From contig JBNKJW010000091.1 of the NCBI GenBank assembly GCA_050291445.1, positions 1,659-65,658 of the forward strand: a stretch of DNA of 64,000 bases, given 5' to 3'. The DNA is from Bacteroidales bacterium. GTDB taxonomy: Bacteria; Bacteroidota; Bacteroidia; Bacteroidales; NBLH01. Under the pieces are notes generated by a model. That model saw only the letters and a program-made list of their open reading frames with translations. It made no database searches and was not told where the DNA came from. Below are positions 11,201 through 18,527 of this stretch, piece by piece (within the stretch, counting starts at the first letter, position 1; each line of letters begins with the position of its first letter). A program made the translations under genes and the position numbers.

Positions 11201-12025
11201 AATGGCAATTTCCAGTTTAGTTTTATTGTTCCTAAAGATATAAAATACAATATCGATACCGGGAAAGTGAGCTATTACTCGGCTAACAACCAGTTGATTG
11301 ATGATGGCAAAGGGAGTTTTAAAAATATCCTGATTGGAAGTTCAGGTACAAATGGGATTTCTGATAGTGAAGGACCTGAAATTCAGCTATACTTAAATGA
11401 TGAAAGTTTCGTAAATGGTGGTATTACAAATAGCAGCCCTAAATTGCTGGCTTTTTTTAATGATGAAAGCGGGATAAACACAACAGGAAATGGAATTGGG
11501 CACGATATTGTGGCCACCATTGATGATAAAATAGAACAGCAATTCACCTTAAATGAGTATTATGAGTCCAACATTGATGACTTTACGGGTGGGAAATTAA
11601 ACTTTTCTTTTCCTGAGCTTGAACCCGGAGAACATAAACTCCATTTAAAGGCCTGGGATGTTTATAATAACTCTTCCGAAGATTCGATTTTGTTTAATGT
11701 GGTAGAATCGGAAAGGTTTGAAATTAGTCATGTTTTAAATTATCCCAACCCATTTTCAACCAATACTTCTTTCTTTTTTGAACACAACAGACCAAATGAA
11801 CCAATTGAAGTTTTGCTGCACGTTTTTACTGTGTCTGGAAAAGTGGTAAAAACAGTACACACCGAAATGGTTACTAAAGGTTTTCGTTCAGAAGGACTTC
11901 CCTGGGACGGAAGGGACGATTTTGGCAATAAAATAGGGCGAGGGGTTTATTTTTACAAGTTGTCGGTAAGGACTTCAACTGGTGAAAAAGCCGAAAAAAT
12001 TGAAAAACTACTTATCCTAAATTAA
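8228..12025 (+). CDS. porU: type IX secretion system sortase PorU (C25-like peptidase)
   Basis: 1265 aa. Gingipain/C25-like core (NYTGHGGESGLAHERV, TATCEFSRFD). C-terminal T9SS sorting-domain-like beta segment (NYPNPFSTNTSFFFEH...KLLILN). Immediately upstream of porV. Confidence 0.9.
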   Translation: MYKLRFACLLLIHFVVIKSVYSQNSNQHFEIKWQDKQAFFSIENTNQSYLLYFEGAVYEYSKSYLPLFSKLLKTNDTQIEVKLLNQKYSGLTKAELSQVKDIDKIPGEIKVKSKVQFIRKQTWLALTFIPLRKNKLTGQYEKLISFDVEYIRANKTKTTSLKKYSFANQSVLRSGTWIKIKLPKSGVYRLSFNELRDLGIDQPENVRIFGNGGKMLPYNNSEKRPDDLIENHVLFMDNAVYFYGDGPVQWEYDETTDFFHHQRNLYTDYSYYFLSSDYSSGNNNAIVQENQVTGAQTHTINTFTNLIYHEIDTLNLIGSGRLWVGESFDFQNRYAFNFECPGLVTSSLVKLKTSLIARSPVSSNYLISLDGTSFQSNFSPVTYRYEDEYAKHKVEHFEAQVNSTNEINVQLEYVGSASSEGWLDYLCLNAECGLRLEGQQLHFRNTQSVGSGNIGLFQLSNVNSNTVVWDITNPQQPKQVSTNLNGSTLSFKLSTDTLREFIAFDPSMAYSPITSGEDIGLVENQNLHSINQADMVIISHPEFIEYASELKQIHDGENKLSIQLVDIEQVYNEFSSGGREVTAIRDFMKMLYDRASSNEQLPKYLCLFGDGSYDNKHTFSSNTNFIPTYQSDNSLSPTQSFVTDDFFGLLDDNEGGHDGLVDIGIGRIPVKTKAEAASAIQKIRKYLSSEAFGDWRNRLCFIADDEDNNIHQKQADELTSIIKDKYPVFNIEKIFLDAYTQESSAGGQRYPGAKLAITNQIEKGVLVMNYTGHGGESGLAHERVITIDQINKWANNDKLPVFMTATCEFSRFDNYEKTTAGELVFLNPQGGAIALFTTTRLVYASPNFQLNKNFYNYLFENDISTNNRFRLGDIMRLTKNASGSGINKRNFTLLGDPALELSFANHFIKTNSINGKAVQLNADTLKALDKVTITGEVQDITGTKIIDYNGIVYPAIYDKENEVKTLNNDGDGVFTYKVQNSKLFKGQASVNNGNFQFSFIVPKDIKYNIDTGKVSYYSANNQLIDDGKGSFKNILIGSSGTNGISDSEGPEIQLYLNDESFVNGGITNSSPKLLAFFNDESGINTTGNGIGHDIVATIDDKIEQQFTLNEYYESNIDDFTGGKLNFSFPELEPGEHKLHLKAWDVYNNSSEDSILFNVVESERFEISHVLNYPNPFSTNTSFFFEHNRPNEPIEVLLHVFTVSGKVVKTVHTEMVTKGFRSEGLPWDGRDDFGNKIGRGVYFYKLSVRTSTGEKAEKIEKLLILN

Positions 12026-12105
12026 TTTGTAATACTAAAAATTAATTCTCTACGTTACTCTAATTTAAATATATTTGCGATTTAAAAACCAGCTTAACTA
12101 TACTT

Positions 12106-13287
12106 ATGAAAAAATTAGTAACATTACTTTTGCTTAGCTTGAGCGTTTTCCTAAACCTTGATAAACTTAATGCACAATTTACAACCAGTGGACAAGATTT
12201 AGATGAGCGATTAAATACAATAACAACTGCAGTTCCGTTTCTGACAATAGCGCCTGACTCAAGAGCCGGTGGAATGGGAGATTTGGGAGTGGCAACAAGC
12301 CCGGATGTAAATTCGCAACACTGGAATCCTGCTAAATATTCATTTATTGAAGATGATTTTGGGGTGGGCATATCTTATACTCCTTGGTTAAGGGCATTGG
12401 TTGATGATATTGAACTGCTGTATCTATCTGGATATAAGAAACTTAAAAATAGTGGTGCCTTGGCAGCAAGTCTTCGATATTTTTCACTGGGGAATATTAC
12501 ATTTACCGACATTAACGGGTCTACAATTAGAGATTATAAGCCAAATGAGTTTGCTTTAGATGTTTCATACTCCTTATTATTTACAGATGGTTTTTCGGGG
12601 GCAGTGACTTTAAGATATATCAATTCAAACCTTACAAATGGCATAAGTTCATCAACTGCTGATGCTCATCCAGGAAGGTCTGTTGCAGGCGACATCTCCA
12701 TGTTTTATACCAAAGATATTAAACTAGGAGGCAAGCCTTCCAATATGTCATATGGCTTGCAGGTTTCTAATATTGGTAACAAAATTTCCTATACCGATTC
12801 TGAATCAAATTTCCTTCCTACAAATCTGAAGATAGGTGGAACACTTACCCATAATTTTGATGAATATAACTCTCTGATGATTGGTGCTGATTTTAGCAAA
12901 CTACTTGTTCCAACACCACCACTAAAAGGTGATAATGATGAAGTGCTGGCCGGGAAAGATGATGATGTATCAGTAACAACAGGTATGTGGCAATCATTTA
13001 ACGATGCCCCTGGTGGTACCAAGGAAGAATTGAGAGAAATAACCATGTCGTTTGGGGCGGAATACTGGTACAATAAAAGATTTGCGCTTAGGGCTGGTTA
13101 TTTTCACGAGCATGAGGTAAAAGGAAACAGAAAGTTTTTTACTATGGGACTTGGGTTAAAACTTAATGCATTTCAGCTTGATTTTGCCTATTTACTGGCT
13201 AAACAAAATAATCCACTTGAAAACACTTTACGTTTTTCATTATTGTTTGATTTCAAGGGACTTAAGGTGGAGAGTGCAGAAGAATAA
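12106..13287 (+). CDS. porV: type IX secretion outer-membrane protein PorV (LptO)
   Basis: 393 aa. AVPFLTIAPDSRAGGMGDLGVATSPD matches the conserved PorV N-terminal motif. Beta-barrel-like C-terminus. Confidence 0.9.
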   Translation: MKKLVTLLLLSLSVFLNLDKLNAQFTTSGQDLDERLNTITTAVPFLTIAPDSRAGGMGDLGVATSPDVNSQHWNPAKYSFIEDDFGVGISYTPWLRALVDDIELLYLSGYKKLKNSGALAASLRYFSLGNITFTDINGSTIRDYKPNEFALDVSYSLLFTDGFSGAVTLRYINSNLTNGISSSTADAHPGRSVAGDISMFYTKDIKLGGKPSNMSYGLQVSNIGNKISYTDSESNFLPTNLKIGGTLTHNFDEYNSLMIGADFSKLLVPTPPLKGDNDEVLAGKDDDVSVTTGMWQSFNDAPGGTKEELREITMSFGAEYWYNKRFALRAGYFHEHEVKGNRKFFTMGLGLKLNAFQLDFAYLLAKQNNPLENTLRFSLLFDFKGLKVESAEE

Positions 13288-13310
13288 AAGTTTTTTTCTA
13301 ATATAAAATT

Positions 13311-13351
13311 AGCTACTTATGAATTTGTTATATTTGTAAGTAGCTTTTTTA
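13311..13351 (+). terminator. Rho-independent terminator after porV
   Basis: AGCTACTTA (17-nt loop) TAAGTAGCT followed by TTTTTTATT. Confidence 0.6.
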
Positions 13352-13366
13352 TTATAACGTATTATT

Positions 13367-13846
13367 ATGAAGATAAAGGTCGGTTTTGGTTTTGATGTGC
13401 ATGCCCTTGATGAGGGAGAAAGCCTGATTATTGGTGGTGTTGAAATTCCTCATACAAAAGGAACAATTGCGCATTCTGATGGTGATGTACTAATACATGC
13501 AATTTGTGATGCCTTGCTAGGAGCTGCTAACTTGAGGGATATTGGCTACCAGTTTCCTGATACAAGCAATGAATTTAAGGATATTGACAGCAAAATATTA
13601 CTGAAAAAAACATATGAGTTGTTAAAAGAAAAAGGCTTTCAAATTGGCAATATTGATTCAACAATTGCTGCCCAGCAACCCAAACTAATGCCACATATTG
13701 ATGCAATGCAGAAAACCTTGGCTGATATTATGGAATTGGATATTGAGGACATTACAATTAAGGCAACCACAACCGAAAAATTAGGCTTTGAGGGTAGGGA
13801 AGAGGGCATTTCGGCTTATGCAGTTGTTTTGATATCGAAAGTTTAA
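13367..13846 (+). CDS. ispF: 2-C-methyl-D-erythritol 2,4-cyclodiphosphate synthase
   Basis: 159 aa. GFGFDVHAL and GHSDGDVLIHAICDALLGA motifs. Confidence 0.95.
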   Translation: MKIKVGFGFDVHALDEGESLIIGGVEIPHTKGTIAHSDGDVLIHAICDALLGAANLRDIGYQFPDTSNEFKDIDSKILLKKTYELLKEKGFQIGNIDSTIAAQQPKLMPHIDAMQKTLADIMELDIEDITIKATTTEKLGFEGREEGISAYAVVLISKV

Positions 13847-13984
13847 CTTTGACAAGTCTGAAAAGAGATTGATATGATTGAAAAAAGGGGGTATTCAATC
13901 ATTGCAATCTTTATCAATCAAAAAGTTAGTTTTTAAACTGAACATTTTACTGAAAAGTACACATATATCAATGATAAGATTTTA

Positions 13985-14356
13985 ATGATTAATGAAACAA
14001 AAAAAACAGTTGTGATTGGAGCAAGCCCCAATCCCGCAAGGTTCTCTTACAAGGCGGTGAGCCTGTTAAGCTCTTATGACCAGCCAGTTGTGGCAGTTGG
14101 TATTAGAGATGGCCAAATAACTGGAGTAATGATTCAAAAGGGAAAGCCGGAAATTAAAGATGTACACACTGTATCTTTGTACATTGGGCCGCAAAGGCAA
14201 CCTGAGTACTATAATTATATTTTAGAACTTAACCCTCAACGAATTATTTTTAATCCTGGAACTGAAAATCCTGAATTATATTCATTAGCAAAAGAGAAAA
14301 ACATTAAAGTGGTGGAGCATTGCACATTGGTGATGTTGAATTCGGGGGAGTATTGA
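13985..14356 (+). CDS. CoA-binding domain protein (YccU-like)
   Basis: 123 aa. VVIGASPNPARFSYKAV pattern. Confidence 0.75.
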   Translation: MINETKKTVVIGASPNPARFSYKAVSLLSSYDQPVVAVGIRDGQITGVMIQKGKPEIKDVHTVSLYIGPQRQPEYYNYILELNPQRIIFNPGTENPELYSLAKEKNIKVVEHCTLVMLNSGEY

Positions 14357-14386
14357 GGTTGACCAGGCTACTAAAAAAAATAGAAG

Positions 14387-14719
14387 ATGTATAAAGAAAT
14401 TAAAACCCTTGAAGAATTTAAACAGGTAATTGGTGAAGATGATGCAGCATTGTTCTATTTCTCTCACCAGCAATGTAATGTTTGCAAAGTGCTGAAGCCT
14501 AAAATTGCCGAACTTATTAAAGCTGATTTTCCAAAAATTGGACTTTTTTATTGCGATACGGTAAATTCGCCAGAGCTGGCTGCCCAAAATAGTGTTTTTG
14601 CAGTACCTACCTTGTTGGTTTATTTTGGTGGTAGGGAGACCATTAGAAAAAGCAGAAATCTAGGAATTGAGGAGCTGAAAATGGAGTTAGAAAGGCCTTA
14701 TGGACTAATTTTCGAATAA
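14387..14719 (+). CDS. thioredoxin-fold protein with CxxC
   Basis: 110 aa. CNVC redox motif in a thioredoxin-like context, with the cis-Pro region AVPTLLVY. Confidence 0.75.
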   Translation: MYKEIKTLEEFKQVIGEDDAALFYFSHQQCNVCKVLKPKIAELIKADFPKIGLFYCDTVNSPELAAQNSVFAVPTLLVYFGGRETIRKSRNLGIEELKMELERPYGLIFE

Positions 14720-14774
14720 AAAAAGCCATGGAAACCCATGAGCTTATATTGTACCTTAAAATTTCGCTTATTGT

Positions 14775-14807
14775 AAAGCCTTTTTGGCCTTGGCTTTTTT
14801 CTTTTTT
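14775..14807 (+). terminator. possible terminator after the thioredoxin-like gene
   Basis: AAAGCC (11-nt loop) GGCTTT followed by TTTTCTTTTTT. The stem is short, so the call is weak. Confidence 0.35.
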
Positions 14808-15039
14808 GCTGGGTCAATACTATGCTCTGCATTCACGTCACTTGCCAGGATTGGCTCCATATGCAAGTTTATAACTTATTGTAAAGATTTTACATTGCTT
14901 GCATAAACTGTTCCTGAACCTTCTTCTATTGTAATTTCATCTGCTCCTTGTGTAATAGATTGCAGATCCATTACGATAGCCGATTCACTAGTTCCACCAA
15001 TAAACCTTGCATGGAACATTTGATTTGTTGGAACTTGCC

Positions 15040-15192
15040 CTAGTGTTAAGTCACATCTTAAATGATGGTTGCAATTATCCGCTTAGCGGGTTCTTGAGCT
15101 GTGTAATTAGCTTATTTTTAGTGCTTAGCATTTTATAATCAGACCCGCTTAGCGGTTTTTATACCGTTGAAATATCATTGACTTAACATCAG
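15040..15192. mobile_element. MITE-like element with the same terminal repeats as the 110-nt element and a different interior
   Basis: The left end is CTAGTGTTAAGTCA and the right end is TGACTTAACATCAG, a degenerate inverted copy. The interior carries CCGCTTAGCGGG / CCCGCTTAGCGG inverted repeats. Confidence 0.45.
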
Positions 15193-15298
15193 TGTTAAGT
15201 CAAATTTGATATTTCTGGTAATTAGCCAGGTGATAACACCTGGCTGGTGCACTTGTCAGGTGTTGTCACCTGACAAATTAGATTTGACATCACACTAG
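15189..15298. mobile_element. 110-nt MITE-like element, copy 1
   Basis: About 95 percent identical by eye to 39439-39549 over the first 90 nt or so. Terminal inverted repeats are (C)TAGTGTTAAGTCAAAT / ATTTGACATCACACTAG. Two internal hairpins. Confidence 0.6.
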
Positions 15299-15505
15299 GT
15301 TTCCATCACCATCTTCTCCATGAAAATTATCAATAAAAATCTTTTGTTTTGTATCATCATTCTCATCTTTTATTATATTTACATCATATTGTTGACTTTC
15401 ATTATCTGTAACTCTATATTCTCCTGTTATAGCATCTCTTGGATCAGTTAAGACTGTTACATCATCTAAACACGAACTAAAAAATGGAAGAACAATTAAT
15501 AATAC

Positions 15506-15803
15506 TAATAACCTGAGTTCGACATAAAATATTCAACACAGAAATTCGGAATTATACCAGATATGTGCTAAAAATGCAGAAAGAATAGCGGGCTATTTTG
15601 AGGGATTTTTAGTGTAGAGATGGTGTGATTACCTCCGGTGAGTGCTTCGCAGTTCCGAATTTTCTATTAGATTTGATTAATTTTTGCATAAATCACACCA
15701 ATTTTTCTAGAACTATCCCGATAGTCCTTCAGAAATTTGTTGCAATTTCTGCTAAAAATTAATTCAAACTGTGTGAATATTTTTTATCGAACTCAGGTTA
15801 TTA
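15506..15803. mobile_element. 298-bp MITE with terminal inverted repeats of about 35 bp
   Basis: The left end TAATAACCTGAGTTCGACATAAAATATTCAACACAG is a near-exact reverse complement of the right end CTGTGTGAATATTTTTTATCGAACTCAGGTTATTA. There is no ORF inside. It interrupts the lipoprotein ORF. Confidence 0.65.
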
Positions 15804-16194
15804 AGATAAATTTATATTTTTTTTACGTTTAAGCGCTTGTTTACCACTAAATCTAGATATTGCGGTACTCCACATCTTTTCAAATCACACAAACATTTAA
15901 ACTACAAGTATTTTCGGTACTCTGCACCTATAAAAAAACAGGTTCAACATTAAAAGCTCCTTTTCCGTAATACGATGAAGGAGGAGTTGCGCAATATTTG
16001 TAGATTATTAATTGACAAGCGATTTAAGGTGCAGAGCACCGTAATAACTTGTCTGCCTTCATGCATTGATAAAAACCATACCAAACAATTTGAAGATATA
16101 ACAGCGGGTGAATTTTTAACTCAGCGCTTGCGAGAAATTGGTTTATATTAGATAGGAGATTTGAGCACACTTACACTATGCAAGGACCTCTATA

Positions 16195-17145
16195 TCAATC
16201 ATCTACAACACCCCTGGCTGCCTTTATGCCATCCGACATAATGTTGTGGATAGCATGCACATTGGTATGATAACCACTGGTTTTAGTGGTATATTGCCTT
16301 ATTACAATGATTTCAACTCCATCCTGGTTGCTTTGTTCTTTAATTACATTATGCGATGTTGAAACTCCGTTAAAGTACTTTCCTAATCCAAAACCCTCTT
16401 TTGCAACCAAAACTACATAAAAATAAGGGTATTGCTTGCCCTGTACATCGTTGAGTGATACCTGAGCATACATTCCCAGAAACTTTTCCGGCTGGTTTTT
16501 AAATTCAATCTTAATTTTTGTATCCGAAGGATATTTTTGCTCACTCCCTCTCACATAAATTAAATAATCAATTTTATCATCTGTTAGTGCTTGCTCAAAG
16601 CCTTTTAGTACGTTTTGAAATAGCTTAATTTTGTTTACCAGTTGAGGGGTTGTGGTTATTCTTCTTACTCCGGTAAACCAATGAGGATAAAGTAATACAG
16701 CAATATTTGCCACCATGATAAGCGATAGTTTTTCATTTGAAAAAACACCTGTCCCCCAGATTAGTACAAGTATCACAATGCTTAAAATAAAAAACAATAC
16801 TCCTCTCCCACTTGTAATATCAAATGCACTGATATCCCATTTACGAGCTTTCTTATTAATTTCAACAATATTATTAAACTGCTCCTTATCGGTTTTTACC
16901 CATTCCGAACCAGCTTTATATCCTGCTAATTTTATTCTGCTATCATAACCTTTAACCAACAATAGCAAGTTCCCCCCAAAGACAAATAATATTCCAGGGA
17001 AGGTTGCGAGGCTGTAATATTGTAGCACAAAACCAATTGCAATTAGAAAAATGCTCAAAAACAGTCGTACCTGATAGGTCAATGATTTCCAAATGTGAAA
17101 AATCACCACACCTTGTTCTTCTTTCGACAATAACAAAGTACTCAT
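16195..17145 (-). CDS. membrane protein of unknown function (about 4 TM helices plus a soluble C-terminal domain), third gene of the radical SAM cassette
   Basis: 316 aa. Hydrophobic helices at roughly residues 25-45, 48-68, 113-135 and 140-160. Its start overlaps the radical SAM gene stop (ATGA at 17142-17145). I recognise no family motif. Confidence 0.7.
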   Translation of the reverse strand: MSTLLLSKEEQGVVIFHIWKSLTYQVRLFLSIFLIAIGFVLQYYSLATFPGILFVFGGNLLLLVKGYDSRIKLAGYKAGSEWVKTDKEQFNNIVEINKKARKWDISAFDITSGRGVLFFILSIVILVLIWGTGVFSNEKLSLIMVANIAVLLYPHWFTGVRRITTTPQLVNKIKLFQNVLKGFEQALTDDKIDYLIYVRGSEQKYPSDTKIKIEFKNQPEKFLGMYAQVSLNDVQGKQYPYFYVVLVAKEGFGLGKYFNGVSTSHNVIKEQSNQDGVEIIVIRQYTTKTSGYHTNVHAIHNIMSDGIKAARGVVDD

Positions 17146-18527
17146 AATGCTTTTATTTCTAGGGTTTTATATAATTCTTCGTATCCTAAATTTCGCCAGT
17201 ATAATGGACAAGCCCCATTGCAAACAGCCAGGCTCTCGCAGTTTTTACAAATATCATGGGCAAATCCTTTTTCACGATAAAATTTCGCCTGCTTTCCTTC
17301 CCAAACTTCAGCAAATTCAGAAGAGACTAGATTCCCAACAGGCTCATCATAAGAAGAGCACGGCAATACATCGCCATTAGGTGCAACAGAAAGCAAACCA
17401 TCGCAGGCAGCGCATCCTTTGTTGCCTAAATCGTGCGTTATGGTATTAAACATGCAAAGCGGAACTGGCGAATACCACATGAATTCAATTCCTTGTGTCT
17501 TGCTGTTTTCCTGTATTTGCTGAATGATCTCACCCACTTCGCTGTATTTAATTACCAATCCTTCGTTAAAAACACTGCTCCCTGTTGGAATAACCAGGTT
17601 CATGCTAAAACGATCCAATCCAAGCGATTTCACAAATTCAGGTAATCGAATGCAATCTGTCTGATTTTTTTTGTTCAAGGTGGTATTTGTATGAACATGA
17701 ATACCCAACTCTTTAAAAATCTTTACTGTATTGATACTTTTTTCAAAAGCTCCTTTGTGATGCACCAGATTATCATGAGTGGTTGATGTGGTACCTTCAA
17801 TGCTCACCTGCACTGAATCCAGTCCTGCATTCACCAATTTCTCAGCGTATTCCTTATCAATCAAGGTTCCGTTGGTAATCAGGTTCACCCTCATTCCCAG
17901 GTTTTTGGCATATTTTATACAAGCAATTAAAACATCCTGCCTTAATGTTGGTTCGCCACCAGTAAAACTTATTGATGGAACTTTTGCCTTGTTATAAATG
18001 GTATTGATTATCTGCTTAAACTGATCCAAATCAAGCTCCTGATTACTACCTGTTGGGTTAGTGGTGCAATTGCAACCTGCATAACAAAACTGGCATTTTA
18101 AATTGCATTTGTAGGTTAAAGCCAATTCCGACAAAACTGGCAGTTTGCTAAAGCCTAAATCAAATTTTTCTTTTTCAACAGCAGGGTTAAGGCTAAATTC
18201 GTCAAGATTTCCTTCGAGGTTTAGTTTTAAAGCCATCATAAAATCCTCAATTTCAGCTGATTTTGCAGCGTCAAGGTGCTTAACCACATCGGCAATTTTA
18301 CCACCATCCAGAAGATATTGCAGAATTTTTACTGCACTAGCATTTATTTTTGTGGCCTGATTTGGACGTTTGATAAGCATGTTGTCCTCTGTACGGACAA
18401 AAATGTAAGGTTTAACATTGCCAATAAACTCATCTACCCACAATAAATGTGTTTTGTCCTGACTTCGACTTTGCTTAGCCTCACAGACATGATTGCCTGT
18501 GCTTTTTATTTTCTTTTTCCAAAACAT
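17142..18527 (-). CDS. radical SAM / SPASM-domain enzyme with an N-terminal PqqD-like (RRE) peptide-recognition domain
   Basis: 461 aa. Contains CX3CX2C (CNLKCQFC). SPASM cysteines are CAACDG...NGDVLPC and CKNCESLAVCNGAC (CX2CX5CX3C). The N-terminal 110 aa or so (PYIFVRTEDNMLIKRPNQATKINASAVKILQYLLDGGKIADVVKHL...IEDFMMAL) resemble PqqD/RRE. Confidence 0.9.
   Translation of the reverse strand: MFWKKKIKSTGNHVCEAKQSRSQDKTHLLWVDEFIGNVKPYIFVRTEDNMLIKRPNQATKINASAVKILQYLLDGGKIADVVKHLDAAKSAEIEDFMMALKLNLEGNLDEFSLNPAVEKEKFDLGFSKLPVLSELALTYKCNLKCQFCYAGCNCTTNPTGSNQELDLDQFKQIINTIYNKAKVPSISFTGGEPTLRQDVLIACIKYAKNLGMRVNLITNGTLIDKEYAEKLVNAGLDSVQVSIEGTTSTTHDNLVHHKGAFEKSINTVKIFKELGIHVHTNTTLNKKNQTDCIRLPEFVKSLGLDRFSMNLVIPTGSSVFNEGLVIKYSEVGEIIQQIQENSKTQGIEFMWYSPVPLCMFNTITHDLGNKGCAACDGLLSVAPNGDVLPCSSYDEPVGNLVSSEFAEVWEGKQAKFYREKGFAHDICKNCESLAVCNGACPLYWRNLGYEELYKTLEIKAL

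Larger units (their letters stand above)
14876..15875 (-). pseudogene. small lipoprotein gene interrupted by MITE insertions
   Basis: Three open minus-strand segments: 15875-15804, 15505-15299 and 15043-14879. They join in frame if 15506-15803 and 15044-15298 are removed. The result is MWSTAISRFSGKQALKRKKNINLSVLLIVLPFFSSCLDD...GEDGDGNLGQVPTNQMFHARFIGGTSES...VKSLQ*, with a lipobox FSSC. Confidence 0.45.

Noticed and set aside
14768-14860. 30-codon minus-strand ORF MEPILASDVNAEHSIDPAKKKKAKAKKALQ just downstream of the broken lipoprotein gene
   Set aside because: It is too short, I recognise no homology, and it overlaps the putative + strand terminator hairpin. I cannot support it as a gene from sequence alone.
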